Notes: a model not told the origin generated them from the letters alone. A stretch of 29,681 bases of DNA from Myxococcota bacterium (GCA_036336835.1 JAYZFK010000044.1:1-29681), one strand, 5' to 3'. Shown: positions 1-10,111, counted from the first letter of the stretch. Translations and numbers: made by a program.

Positions 1-156
1 GCGCTCTTCCACTGGCATGTCGCCGATCTCGGCATGGAACACGTCTACATCAAGCCACGTACGCCACAGTTGAACGGGAAGGTCGAGAGATCCCATCGCA
101 CCGACAAGGACGAGTTCTACCAGCTACTCACATGCCGCAAGGAGGCAAATCAGTAG
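1..156 (+). mobile_element. IS481-family (rve/DDE) transposase, 3' part, apparently truncated
   Basis: Frame 1 from base 1 reads ALFHWHVADLGMEHVYIKPRTPQLNGKVERSHRTDKDEFYQLLTCRKEANQ*. The P-x-T-P-x-x-N-G-K-V-E-R motif carries the catalytic Glu of IS481/IS3-type integrase cores. The usual C-terminal 'YN..RPH' motif is absent before the TAG at 154-156. Confidence 0.8.
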
Positions 157-287
157 GCCAAGCAACGCTGGAGTTCTATTGCGATCGAGTCTCCCGTTCA
201 TCCTGGCCACGCCTCTCTCCGTTCTCAACGCCTGCCCATGATCCGTTCCGACACTGAGCCTCCCCGCGGTCTCAGCGTACGCGCGGG

Positions 288-375
288 TCGCGGATAGGAA
301 GTATAAGCGGGGTTTTGGCAGCACGTCCTAGTAAGGATGTTATGACAAGTCCCGTGGGTGCCCCGCGGCGGGGCG
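288..375 (-). repeat. Copy 1 of ~88-bp direct repeat: IS91/ISCR oriIS-like end plus dif-like site
   Basis: 288-353 matches 16782-16847 at 60/66 nt, and weaker similarity extends to 375/16870. The minus strand reads ...CCGCTTATACTTCCTATCCGCGA, resembling the IS91/ISCR oriIS terminus. Confidence 0.9.
323..350 (+). other. dif-like XerC/XerD recombination site (copy 1)
   Basis: ACGTCCTAGTA-AGGATG-TTATGACAAGT has the 11-6-11 layout. The right arm resembles the XerD arm TTATGTTAAAT of E. coli dif. Confidence 0.6.
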
Positions 376-397
376 ACCGTGAGTCGCTCCCCGATGT

Positions 398-1702
398 TCA
401 AGAGGGCCCGGAACGGCTCGACGTACCCGATAGTTCGCGGTCCGCTAGCAGGTAGAACGCCCCCGCCAATAGGTTCGCGAGGCCAACCGTAAGCATCCCG
501 TAGCGAAGAGCCCAGTCGCCTGTGCGAGCGCTGAGTGCGTCGCTGACCAGACCGACTACCTGCGGGCCCAGGCCCATGCCGATCAGATTGGTCGCGAACA
601 AGTTGATGGCGGCGGCCAGGGCGCGCATCCGCACCTGGACGATCGACTGCACCACCGCGGCGACCGGTCCGCTGGAGACGGCCCCGAAGAACGAGTGCGG
701 CGCCAGACACAGGAGAGTCAGCTCGAGGCTCTCGCTCATGATGAACGTGACGGTGAAGGGAAGCCCCAGCAGGGCGACCAGAGCCGGGAGCCGCAGGTAC
801 CAGCGCGGATCGCGTTTGCCGAGGTAGTCCGAGAGCCTGCCGCCCGCTACCACGCCGAGGACGCCCGAGATTCCTGCGATCGGGCCAATCCACAGCCCGG
901 CCTCCGCGATCCCCATGCCGTGAACCCGCATCAGTAGCGGCGCGGTCCACACGACGAGTCCCACGCCCGAGAAAGCATGGAATGCCTGAGCGAGCAGGAG
1001 CCATGAAAAACCGCGGCTGGTACGCAGGAACTGCAGCACCTCTGCCCACGACGGGGTGCGCGTATCGACGGACTCGGGTTCGGACGCGCCGCGTTCGGGC
1101 TCGCGTACGGTCAACCAGACGAGCAGCGCGAGCAGCACGCCGGGTGCACCCAGGATGAAGAAGGCGGCCCGCCAGCCCAGGCTCTCCGCGATCAAGCCGC
1201 CCAGAACGAATCCCAGCGCCACCCCCGCATGGGCCCCCAGGACGAAGATGGCAAGCGCCGTCGCCCGCCGCTCAGGGGGAAAGTAGTCCGAGATGATCGA
1301 GTGGGCAGCCGGAACGGTGGACGCCTCGCCGACGCCAGTCGTTACACGCGCGATGGCCAGATGAACGAAGTTTCGCACCAGGCCTGATGCTGCTGTTGCA
1401 GCGCTCCACACAACGATCCCGAGCGAGATGATCATCTTTCGCGACCGGCGGTCCGCCCAGCGAGCGATGGGAAGGCCCGCCACCGCGTTGAAGAGGGCAA
1501 AGGACATTCCGCCGAGGAAACCCATGGCGCTGTCGGACAGGCCCAGGTCTCTCTTGATCGGCTCCATGAGCACGCCGAAGACCTGCCTGTCGAGGTGGTT
1601 GAACGCGTAGACCACGACCAGGACACCGAGTACGTATCTCGAGCGGTTCTTCGGGCTGGTGTCGGTCTCCCGGAGCTGATGTGTCTCCGCATCGCGCTGC
1701 AT
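398..1702 (-). CDS. MFS transporter (spinster-like)
   Basis: About 12 hydrophobic segments with motifs FNHLDRQVF, ARWADRRSRK, TGVGEA and ISDYFPPERRATA. The start is uncertain: ATG 1702 was chosen, but the ORF is open to 1783. Confidence 0.9.
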   Translation of the reverse strand: MQRDAETHQLRETDTSPKNRSRYVLGVLVVVYAFNHLDRQVFGVLMEPIKRDLGLSDSAMGFLGGMSFALFNAVAGLPIARWADRRSRKMIISLGIVVWSAATAASGLVRNFVHLAIARVTTGVGEASTVPAAHSIISDYFPPERRATALAIFVLGAHAGVALGFVLGGLIAESLGWRAAFFILGAPGVLLALLVWLTVREPERGASEPESVDTRTPSWAEVLQFLRTSRGFSWLLLAQAFHAFSGVGLVVWTAPLLMRVHGMGIAEAGLWIGPIAGISGVLGVVAGGRLSDYLGKRDPRWYLRLPALVALLGLPFTVTFIMSESLELTLLCLAPHSFFGAVSSGPVAAVVQSIVQVRMRALAAAINLFATNLIGMGLGPQVVGLVSDALSARTGDWALRYGMLTVGLANLLAGAFYLLADRELSGTSSRSGPS

Positions 1703-1811
1703 CGCTTCATCATACTGAGCGCCGAGGAAATCGTGCGGATCCGTTATGTGCGAGGTCGTCTTCGGTACGAGAAAGGCGATCATCCGCCTACGCTCGCGCC
1801 CGGCCCCTCTG

Positions 1812-2273
1812 CTAGATGTAGAGGACCTGCAGCCCGTAGAGGAGCGCCGGCTTCTCCTGCCCGACGACGCCCACCTCGATCTGAGCGGTGATGAGCGTCC
1901 CCTTCGATGTCGACTCGGCGCGCACTACTCGACATCGGGCGCGGATCGCGGAGCCTGCGACGACCGGCGCTAGAAAGCGCAGACTCTCTGCGCCGTAGTT
2001 GATGGCGCTCTTGTGGCCCTTGACCTCGATTGGGCGGGGGATCGACTGGTGCATCAACGACAGCACCAGAAAGCCGTGGGCGATCGGCGCACCGAACGGG
2101 CTCTCGGCCCTGCAGCGCTCGACATCTACATGGATCCATTGGTGATCGTTGGTGAGGTCTGCGAAGGCATCGACGAGATCCTGGGGGATCAACACCTCCT
2201 TCCCCCAGGACCCGAAGTCTTCCGAGGCGGCAGCGTTGAGCGCGTCGATGTCGTCGAAGTCGATGGGTTCCAT
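1812..2273 (-). CDS. MaoC-family dehydratase / (R)-enoyl-CoA hydratase (hotdog fold)
   Basis: Hydratase motif FADLTNDHQWIHVD...PIAHGFL, plus NYGAESLRFLAPV. ATG at 2273. Confidence 0.9.
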   Translation of the reverse strand: MEPIDFDDIDALNAAASEDFGSWGKEVLIPQDLVDAFADLTNDHQWIHVDVERCRAESPFGAPIAHGFLVLSLMHQSIPRPIEVKGHKSAINYGAESLRFLAPVVAGSAIRARCRVVRAESTSKGTLITAQIEVGVVGQEKPALLYGLQVLYI

Positions 2274-2550
2274 GGCGTGCAGACTATCAGGGATCGCTGA
2301 GCCGGGATCGAGTCCGCCCGTCACCGCAGCGAGTAGCCGGACGTGACACTCTACAACCTTCCGATCTTCTCGCTCAATGATGGAAAGATCTGCCACAACT
2401 TCAGCTACCACCGCATCGTGCCAAGTTGATTCTGGAAACGCAGATGAAGCCGACGGTCGACTAGACTTCGAGAAACGCCGCGCGCGGCGCGAGGCCACGA
2501 CGCCGACCGCGAGTTCGGAGTTCTTGGACCCGCGCCAGGGAGTGAACAGA

Positions 2551-4026
2551 ATGTCGAGCAGGAGCTCCGAGATCCGGACCAAGCTGGATCACCCGGTCAT
2601 CGATTCGGACGGCCATTGGGCAGAGCTGTTCCCTATCTTGTTCGAATACGTAGAGGAAGTTGCAGGTTCCGCCGTCCTGGAACGATTCCGTGCCGGGTAC
2701 GGCCAGCGCTTCCACGGTTGGTATGAAGCGGACGCGGAGACGCGACGCCGGAATCGCATGCGAAGACCGTCGTATTGGGGCGTTCCCACCAACAAGGATC
2801 GCATCGCGGGCCTCATTCCTTCGGTATTTCGGGACAGTCTGGACAGCTGGGGCATCGACGTCGCTGTCGTCTATCCCAGCATCGGTCTCACCCTCGCCCG
2901 TGATGTCAGCGACCGGGAGCTGATCAACGGCGTGATCCGGGCGTACAACGTCATGGTGGCGGACCTCTTCGCCCCCTACTCCGATCGGCTGATTCCAGTG
3001 GGTGTCGTCAGCCTCGCCGAGCCATCCGATGCGGTTGCGCAGCTCGAGCATGCCCACTCTCTGGGGCTCCGGCAGGTCGTTACCGGGGGGTCGATCGTTC
3101 GCACCGTCGAAGCGGACGCGGAGTGGCAGCCGGACGCCGCAAAGCGGCGCGTCTACGTCGATGGCCTCGGGCTCGACAGCCCACACGACTACGACCCCGT
3201 ATGGGCAAAATTTGCCGAGCTGAAGATTCCGGTCACGACCCACAGTGGCAGCATGGGCTGGCCCGACCGGAGCTCGCCCACCAATTTCGTCGCCAATCAC
3301 CTCGGCCATTTCGCCCAGAGCCATCATCTCTTTGCGCGCAGCCTGCTTCTCGGCGGCGTCACGCAGCGCTTTCCGGACCTGCGATTCGGTTTCCTCGAAG
3401 GCGGAGTCGGCTGGGCGTGCGGCCTGCTTTCAGATCTCAAGGAGCATTGGGAGAAGCGCAATCGAACATACCTGGAAGCGAACCTGAAACCTACCAATCT
3501 CGATCGCGCCGAGCTCCGACGGCAGCTGGAATCCTATGCAAAAGTCGAGAAGCGCTTCGCGGGCAAGATCGACGACATTCTCGAGAAGAACCTCGATCAG
3601 CTCGAATGCGACATCACATCAGAAGCGCTGGTGGATCGAGATCGGGACTCAGACGATTTTTCCCTGGTGAAGATCGGCGACGCGGACGAGCTACGCCGGC
3701 TCTTCCGGAAGAACTTCTACTTCGGGTGCGAGGCCGACGATCCCATGACCGCGGTTGCCTTCGATCCTCGGATGAAGATGCACCTGAAGCCAGTTCTCGG
3801 CTCCGACATCTCCCATTTCGATGTGACCGATGCCACCGAGGTCGTGGCGGAGGCATACGAGCTGGTTGAAGCGGGCCTTTTGACCGCTGAGAACTTCCGC
3901 GACTTCACGTTTTCCAACGCCGTCGGTCTGTTCGCTGGCATGAACCAGGACTTCTTCAAGGGAACGATCGTAGAGGACGAGGCGCGTCGAGAAATCGAAG
4001 CGCTTCGAGCGAAGGAAGTCGCTTGA
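2551..4026 (+). CDS. Amidohydrolase family (Amidohydro_2) metal-dependent hydrolase
   Basis: Motifs PVIDSDGH, VVYPSIG, FLEGGVGW and GSDISHFD. ATG 2551 is preceded by GGGAG. Confidence 0.88.
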   Translation: MSSRSSEIRTKLDHPVIDSDGHWAELFPILFEYVEEVAGSAVLERFRAGYGQRFHGWYEADAETRRRNRMRRPSYWGVPTNKDRIAGLIPSVFRDSLDSWGIDVAVVYPSIGLTLARDVSDRELINGVIRAYNVMVADLFAPYSDRLIPVGVVSLAEPSDAVAQLEHAHSLGLRQVVTGGSIVRTVEADAEWQPDAAKRRVYVDGLGLDSPHDYDPVWAKFAELKIPVTTHSGSMGWPDRSSPTNFVANHLGHFAQSHHLFARSLLLGGVTQRFPDLRFGFLEGGVGWACGLLSDLKEHWEKRNRTYLEANLKPTNLDRAELRRQLESYAKVEKRFAGKIDDILEKNLDQLECDITSEALVDRDRDSDDFSLVKIGDADELRRLFRKNFYFGCEADDPMTAVAFDPRMKMHLKPVLGSDISHFDVTDATEVVAEAYELVEAGLLTAENFRDFTFSNAVGLFAGMNQDFFKGTIVEDEARREIEALRAKEVA

Positions 4027-4042
4027 AACGCGGCGATCGTCC

Positions 4043-5638
4043 ATGTCAGTCAGTCCTAGCCTGACCGATTGGGCCCGCCCGCGGGTCGCCCGGGTGGCCC
4101 CGGGCTACCGCGCTCGTGGGTTGTGGGGCACGGAGCCGGTCGACCTGGTCAGCCAGGCGACGATCCGGAGCCCGCAGCGGACGGCCCTGGTCGACCCGTC
4201 CGGCTCGCTCACGTACGCAGAGCTCGACCACGCCGCGACGGCCGCGGCTGCAGAGTTTCTGGCCCATGGCATCGAGCCCGGGACGCCAGCCCTGATCGTG
4301 ATGGCCAACGACATCGCCTCGGTGGTTGCCTTTCACGGCGCCCGGCGCGCCGGCGCGGTCTTGGTCGTGCTCCAGACGACTGCGAGTGCGTTGGAGGTCG
4401 CGGATGCCGCGACACGGCTTGGGGTCCGCTTTGCCGTCGCCCCGGCGGAGCAGGTCGAGGCACTCGAGTTGGCGGGCCCAGCGGCAACCTCCTGGATTCC
4501 GGCCACACCGCTGCAGAACCTCTCGGGCTCTCAGCGCAACTCGTCCGTCCCGGGGGCCCGGGATCCCGACGACCCACTCATCGTCATGTTCACATCGGGG
4601 ACGACGTCCCGGCCGAAGGCGGTCGTCCACACGACCAACACCCTGCTCGTGGCCGCCCGAAACCTGGCTGGCGCAATCCAGCTGACTGAGGGCGACGGTT
4701 GCTTCCTGGTGAGCCCACTGTCGTCGATCACCGGCGTGCTGCAGGCGCTCTTCATTGCCCCGATGGAGGGAGTCCAGGCAGTACTCGAGCGCCGCTTCGA
4801 CGACCGGGCGAGCTTCGACCGTCTGCTCGCCAGTGGCGCCACCTTCTACGGCGGACCGGACGTCGTCCTCGGCCGACTGCTTGCGGAAGCCGATCGGCGC
4901 GGCCAGCGGGAGGTACCGATTTCAGCGGCCCTGTTCGGCGGCACGATGCTCGACGAACGGGTGCTCGTCCGGGCCGAGAACGATTTCGGCATCCGGATCA
5001 TGCGGTCCTATGGATCGTCCGAGGCTCCGGTCATCTCGGCGACCCGCCGCGACGAACCCGCCGCGATTCGGACGGCAGACGATGGCCCGCCCCTCGAGGG
5101 TGTCGAGGTGCGAATCGGCTCGAAGTCCGATCCGTCCGAGTGCTGCGTGAGGGGCGCTCACCTGTTCGTTGGCTATGTCGACGCTGTCGACAACGAAGCG
5201 GCTTTCGAGGACGGATGGTTCTGCACAGGGGACGTGGCCACGTTCGATAATGGGCGGCTACGCATCACCGGGCGAATCAAGGACATCGTGATCCGAAACG
5301 GTCTGAAGATCTCACCGGCCCGCGTCGAGGCACTGGCGTCCGAGCTCCCGGGCGTCGAACAATGTGTCGCCTACGGCGTGCCCGATGACGCCACGGGCGA
5401 GCACCTGTCGTTGGCCGTCCGCCACGACCTGGGGGTCGAGCCTTCGTTCGAGTCGCTCACGCGTTCGCTGGCTCAGGCCGGGCTGGCCCGGTGGATGCTG
5501 CCCGAGGAGGTCGTCGTGTGGGAGGGAGAGTTTCCGACCACTGCTACCGGGAAAGTGAAGCGCGACGCAGTTGCGGAGGCGGCAGGTCGCATGCAACGCC
5601 TGCTCGCTCCCCGCCTCCGGGACATCGATTCGCAATAG
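4043..5638 (+). CDS. Acyl-CoA ligase / AMP-binding enzyme (cyclohexanecarboxylate-CoA-ligase-like)
   Basis: Motifs FTSGTTSRPK (P-loop), YGSSE, TGD, GRIKD and TATGKV. Confidence 0.9.
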   Translation: MSVSPSLTDWARPRVARVAPGYRARGLWGTEPVDLVSQATIRSPQRTALVDPSGSLTYAELDHAATAAAAEFLAHGIEPGTPALIVMANDIASVVAFHGARRAGAVLVVLQTTASALEVADAATRLGVRFAVAPAEQVEALELAGPAATSWIPATPLQNLSGSQRNSSVPGARDPDDPLIVMFTSGTTSRPKAVVHTTNTLLVAARNLAGAIQLTEGDGCFLVSPLSSITGVLQALFIAPMEGVQAVLERRFDDRASFDRLLASGATFYGGPDVVLGRLLAEADRRGQREVPISAALFGGTMLDERVLVRAENDFGIRIMRSYGSSEAPVISATRRDEPAAIRTADDGPPLEGVEVRIGSKSDPSECCVRGAHLFVGYVDAVDNEAAFEDGWFCTGDVATFDNGRLRITGRIKDIVIRNGLKISPARVEALASELPGVEQCVAYGVPDDATGEHLSLAVRHDLGVEPSFESLTRSLAQAGLARWMLPEEVVVWEGEFPTTATGKVKRDAVAEAAGRMQRLLAPRLRDIDSQ

Positions 5639-5784
5639 CCGAGGCGGGGGCGACTTTGATCACCTCCACCCAACACTTCATATATGCTGTTTCAGGTCGT
5701 GTCGCTGAGCGCGTCCCGCATCGAAGCGAGGGTGCGGCACAGGGCGGACTACCCACTCGCCGGTCGGCGCGGCCAGAGGTTGCC

Positions 5785-6984
5785 ATGATTGCCGAGCTCG
5801 GAGAACTCGAGGAGTTTCGCGAGGAAGTACGCGGGTGGTGTGCGAAGCACGTGCCTACGGACTGGGTTCGTCGCATGGCGGGCGTCTCGATGGAGGAGAG
5901 CCTGGACTTCCAGCGCGAATGGCTGACCGAGCTGCGGAAAGGCGGCTTCGCGGCGCCTCACTGGTCGGCGGAGTGGACCGGTCGCGACTTCACGCTGGAG
6001 GAACAGGTCGTCATCGCCGAGGAGATGGCCCGGGCGCGAGCACCGCGCCTCGGTGGCTTCTTCGTCTCCCTCTATCATACCTACGGCCTGCTCGTCGCTT
6101 CGGGCACGGAGGAGCAACGCCGGAGACACCTGCCGGCCATCCTGAACGGGGAGATCTGGTGTCAGGGCTTCTCGGAACCGAGCGCTGGTTCCGATCTCGC
6201 AGCGCTGCGCACGCGCGCGGAGCGTCGTGGAGATGCCTACGTTGTGAACGGGCAGAAGGTCTGGTCGACCCACGCCATGCACGCGCAGTTCTGCCTGCTG
6301 CTCGCACGAACCGATCCCGATGCGTCGAAGCATCGAGGCATCTCCTACTTCCTGCTCGACATGCAAACCCCGGGCATAGAGGTCCGTCCGATTCGAGATC
6401 TGGGGGGGCGTGAGGAGTTCTGCGAGCTCTTCTTGACGGATGTCGAGATTCCCGTCGAGAGTCGCATCGGCGAGGAAAACGAGGGCTGGCGCATTGCGAA
6501 CTACACGCTCGCTACCGAGCGGAGCACGCTGCTCCTGATGCCCGCGGAGCAGCTGCGGGTCGCGTACGAGATGCTGGTGGATCTCGCGCGCTCGACCCCG
6601 GGTCCGGGCGGGAGACCCGCGATCGAGGACGTTGGCGTGCGTCGCGATCTCGCCGATTTCCATGCGGAGATCGCGAACCTGCGGCTGTTGATCAACCGGA
6701 TGCTCACTCAGCTGATTCGAGCGGGTGGCGCCGGCCCCGAGTCGTCGATCATCAAGCTCTACTACAGCGAGCTCCTGCAGCGATTCACGCGTTATGCCAC
6801 GGAGCTCGGCGGTATGCGGACCCAAGAGCTGGCACCGTTGCTGGGAGCCGCACCCTACGTATCGGGTGTCTGGGAGTTCGACTTCCTGAACTCCTACACC
6901 TGGACGATCTCCGCTGGCACCAGCGAGATCCAGCGCAACATCATCAGTGAGCAGGTACTGGGGATGCCCAGGGAGCCCCGATGA
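5785..6984 (+). CDS. Acyl-CoA dehydrogenase (probable catalytic subunit of a heteromeric pair)
   Basis: Motifs WCQGFSEPSAGSDLA, NGQKVWST, LATER and ISAGTSEIQRNII. ATG 5785 follows GAGG. Confidence 0.93.
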   Translation: MIAELGELEEFREEVRGWCAKHVPTDWVRRMAGVSMEESLDFQREWLTELRKGGFAAPHWSAEWTGRDFTLEEQVVIAEEMARARAPRLGGFFVSLYHTYGLLVASGTEEQRRRHLPAILNGEIWCQGFSEPSAGSDLAALRTRAERRGDAYVVNGQKVWSTHAMHAQFCLLLARTDPDASKHRGISYFLLDMQTPGIEVRPIRDLGGREEFCELFLTDVEIPVESRIGEENEGWRIANYTLATERSTLLLMPAEQLRVAYEMLVDLARSTPGPGGRPAIEDVGVRRDLADFHAEIANLRLLINRMLTQLIRAGGAGPESSIIKLYYSELLQRFTRYATELGGMRTQELAPLLGAAPYVSGVWEFDFLNSYTWTISAGTSEIQRNIISEQVLGMPREPR

Positions 6985-8147
6985 TTCACCGGACGCGCAC
7001 AGCGGACATCGATCCCGGAGAGCTGCGCGCGGCGGTCCGCGACGTACTCGACCGTGAGGCCACGCCCGAGCGGACGAGGGTCGTCATGGACGAGCCCACC
7101 GGACACGATGCGACTCTCTTTTCGCTGATGGCCGAGCTCGGTTGGACCGGACTGGCGATTCCGGAGAAGTACGGCGGCGCAGGGGCGACGCTGGTCGAGC
7201 TGGGTGTCGTCCTCCAGGAACTCGGGCGCTCTCTCGTCTCTTCGAGCTTCGAGGCGTCCGTCGTCGTCTTCGGCGGGGCGCTGCTCCTGGGCGGTCGTGA
7301 GGATCAGCGCGCTTCGCTCCTGCCGAGAATCGCCGCAGGGAATCTCCTGGCCAGCACGGCACTTGGCGGAGCCGGAGGGCGCTACGAGGTCGAGAGCCTC
7401 GGGGTCACCGCCCGGCAGCAGGGAGCTTCACTATCGCTCAGCGGTACCGCGGACTACGTCCCGTCGGCAGACTTGGCCGAGCTGGTGCTGGTCGCCGCCC
7501 GGGCGCCGCGGGGAGACACAGCGCTGGTACTCGTCGACCCCCGGCACGAGGCAGTCGAGATCACACCGCAGCCCGTCTTCGATCCTACCCGCCGTTTCTC
7601 GCGCCTCGTGCTGCACGATGTCGTCGTCCCCCGAGAATCGATGCTGGGGGACTTCGCGAGCGGAGAGGCGCTTCGCGAACAGCTCATCGATCTCGCTGCC
7701 ATCGCGCTCGCGTGTGACAACACGGGAGGCGCGGGCAAGGTGCTCGAATCGACGGTTGCCTTCATGAAAGAGCGCAAGCAGTTCGATCGCGCCATCGCGA
7801 GCTTCCAGGCTCTGAAACACCGCTGCGTGGACATGATGATGCGTGTGGAGGCCAGCGCCGTCAGTGTCGAAATGGCGCTAGAGGCCTTTGCAGGGGAACA
7901 GGAAGACACGCGGCTTGCTGCGTCGGAGGCCAAGTTCTTCTCCGGTGACAGCTACATCCACGTCGCCCAGGAGGGGCTACAGATGCACGGGGGCGTGGGT
8001 TTTACCTGGGAATACGACTGCCACCTCTACCTCAAGCGCGCCATGCTCAACCAGGCCCTGCTAGGTGATTCGCGCTGGCACCGGGACCGAGCCGCGGATC
8101 TCGTGCTCGGGCCGGTATCATCGGTATCTGGATCCCAATATGAATGA
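6981..8147 (+). CDS. Acyl-CoA dehydrogenase (probable partner subunit)
   Basis: Motifs RKQFDRAIASFQALKH and LQMHGGVGFTWE. ATGA overlap with the upstream ACAD. Confidence 0.92.
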   Translation: MIHRTRTADIDPGELRAAVRDVLDREATPERTRVVMDEPTGHDATLFSLMAELGWTGLAIPEKYGGAGATLVELGVVLQELGRSLVSSSFEASVVVFGGALLLGGREDQRASLLPRIAAGNLLASTALGGAGGRYEVESLGVTARQQGASLSLSGTADYVPSADLAELVLVAARAPRGDTALVLVDPRHEAVEITPQPVFDPTRRFSRLVLHDVVVPRESMLGDFASGEALREQLIDLAAIALACDNTGGAGKVLESTVAFMKERKQFDRAIASFQALKHRCVDMMMRVEASAVSVEMALEAFAGEQEDTRLAASEAKFFSGDSYIHVAQEGLQMHGGVGFTWEYDCHLYLKRAMLNQALLGDSRWHRDRAADLVLGPVSSVSGSQYE

Positions 8148-8919
8148 GCTGATGAGGCAGAAGCTCGATGCGAACGCGCTGATCCTCTGTCTGAGTATCT
8201 CGCAAGCTCGCACGGTCGACATCCCGATGATGGCCGCAGCCTGTGGCTTCGACGCCATCTACGTCGACCTGGAGCACACGGCGACGTCGCTCGAGACCAC
8301 CTCGATGCTCTGCGCGGCCGCGGTCGGCTTCGGCTTGATCCCGATGGTGCGCGTACCTTCGCACGACCATCAATACATGACGCGGGTGATCGACACCGGC
8401 GCGATGGGCGTGATCGTCCCTCACGTCGACACGCGGGAGCAGGCCGAGCACATCGTCGATACCTGCAAGTTTCCTCCGATCGGCCACCGCTCGATCTCGG
8501 GTCCGAACCCGGTCACCCGCTATCGGCAGATGAGCGTCAGCGAGAATGTCGAGTACCTGAATCAGCAGACGATCCTGACGGCGATGCTCGAGACGCCCGA
8601 GGCGATCGAGCAGGCAGATGCGATCGCCTCCGTGCCGGGGCTCGACATGATTCTGATCGGGACCCATGACCTCACCGCCGAGATGGGAATTCTGGGTCAG
8701 TTCGGGCACGAGAGCTTCGCCCGGGCGATGGAGACGGCCGCGGCGGCGTGCAAGAAGCACGGCGTGGTAATGGGCATCGCAGGCATCCAGGACCTGGAGC
8801 TGATCGCAGATCTCGTCGCGCAGGGCGTGCGGTTCATCAGCGCTGGTACCGACGCGGGGTTCTTCATGGAGGCGGCCCGGGCCCGTGCAGGAAAGCTGAG
8901 GAGTATTCTCGTACGGTAG
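8140..8919 (+). CDS. HpcH/HpaI aldolase family protein
   Basis: Motifs YVDLEH, MVRVP, VIVPHV, AMLET and LIGTHDL. ATG 8140 overlaps the ACAD end. Confidence 0.9.
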   Translation: MNELMRQKLDANALILCLSISQARTVDIPMMAAACGFDAIYVDLEHTATSLETTSMLCAAAVGFGLIPMVRVPSHDHQYMTRVIDTGAMGVIVPHVDTREQAEHIVDTCKFPPIGHRSISGPNPVTRYRQMSVSENVEYLNQQTILTAMLETPEAIEQADAIASVPGLDMILIGTHDLTAEMGILGQFGHESFARAMETAAAACKKHGVVMGIAGIQDLELIADLVAQGVRFISAGTDAGFFMEAARARAGKLRSILVR

Positions 8920-8938
8920 CCCCGCGAGGAAGTTGACG

Positions 8939-10069
8939 ATGAAGAACGAGATCTATCGACGGCAGATCGAGCACCCGATCGCGTGGTCCGGAAGCGACTT
9001 CCGCGGCAAGGACGCCATCGCGTTCGACCTCTCGGCGCGCCAGGTGACCGTGCTCGAGGACATCGTGATGCGCACGGCGGCACTACCGCGCGACGAAGTG
9101 AGCCGCGAGCACTGCGGGCATCCCGCGCTCGACGACGCGCTGGCGGGAGTCTACGAGGAGATCATCCGTGGCCGCGGGCTGGTGATCGTGCGCGGCTTTC
9201 CAGTTGACGACCATTCCATCGAGGAGATCGAGAGGATCTACTGGGCATTCTGCACCCACTTCGGCCATCTCCTATCTCACAACTCCTTCGGTCACCGCAT
9301 GGTCCGCGTGCACGAGGACGTGCTTCCCGGCGGAGTTCAGCCGGCCCGGGGAACGAAGTCGCGCGCCGAGCTGGCCATGCACAACGATGCCGCCGACCTC
9401 TTCGCGCTGCTGTGCGTGCACCAGGCCGAGCAGGGGGGCAATAGCCAGTTCTCCAGCGGGCCCGCCGCTCACAACGCGATCCTCGAATCCCACCCCGACA
9501 TCCTGCCGATCCTGTATCGCGGCTTTCCCCACCATCGCCGGAGCGAGCAGCAGGATCACCAGCAGGCGGTCACCCCGTACGAGGTTCCGATCTTCTCCAA
9601 CGTCGACGGGACCGTCTGCATCAACTTCACCTACAGCAGCATCCTGCCAGCATTGCATGAGCTGGGCCGGGAGTTCACCGCGCAGGAGGCGGAGGCGGTC
9701 GACATCCTGCGAGAGATCCTGGTAGAGCAGCAGTTCGAGCTGCAGCTGCAGCCCGGGGAGGCCACGATCGTCAACAACTACGCGATGTGCCACTCGCGCT
9801 CGGACTTCATCAACGGCGACACGCCGGACAAGCGCCGGCTGGTGCTGCGAGCCTGGATGGAGGTTCCGCTCGAAGATCGCCGGCTTCCGGTGGGTCGCGA
9901 GTTCTTCCACATGGAGAACGAGGACGGCCGACTCGGATATGATCCGGTACCGGGCCGCGAGGGGCGGATCGCGCAGAACGACTACGACGATGTCTCGGAA
10001 GAGCTGGCCGATTTGTTCAAGGCGGCTCAGGCGAAGCCCAAGGCGCGCGCGCGCGCATCTCGGGAGTGA
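8939..10069 (+). CDS. TauD/TfdA-family Fe(II)/2-oxoglutarate dioxygenase
   Basis: H-x-D (MHND) and a distal H (NNYAMCHSR), plus RRLVLRAW. Confidence 0.88.
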   Translation: MKNEIYRRQIEHPIAWSGSDFRGKDAIAFDLSARQVTVLEDIVMRTAALPRDEVSREHCGHPALDDALAGVYEEIIRGRGLVIVRGFPVDDHSIEEIERIYWAFCTHFGHLLSHNSFGHRMVRVHEDVLPGGVQPARGTKSRAELAMHNDAADLFALLCVHQAEQGGNSQFSSGPAAHNAILESHPDILPILYRGFPHHRRSEQQDHQQAVTPYEVPIFSNVDGTVCINFTYSSILPALHELGREFTAQEAEAVDILREILVEQQFELQLQPGEATIVNNYAMCHSRSDFINGDTPDKRRLVLRAWMEVPLEDRRLPVGREFFHMENEDGRLGYDPVPGREGRIAQNDYDDVSEELADLFKAAQAKPKARARASRE

Positions 10070-10111
10070 GCGGGCTGGCGAGAGCCGCCAGACCCGACCT
10101 ACGCGGCACCA

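Noticed and set aside
124..324. ORFs starting MLPK(P/S)RLYFLSA (124-324 and 16420-16818) as a shared leader peptide
   Set aside because: The common N-terminus is just the translated repeat. The GTG has no properly spaced RBS, and the P450 fusion lacks most of the fold.
288..375. Repeat as a CRISPR repeat, integron attC or tRNA-derived att site
   Set aside because: There are only two copies, 16 kb apart. I see no spacers or cas genes, no RYYYAAC/GTTRRRY ends and no tRNA 3' sequence.
2363..2428. Short inverted repeats (GATCTT/AAGATC, CAACTT/AAGTTG) in the divergent promoter region as operators
   Set aside because: The arms are only 6 bp with long spacers and there is no cognate regulator nearby, so they cannot be distinguished from chance.
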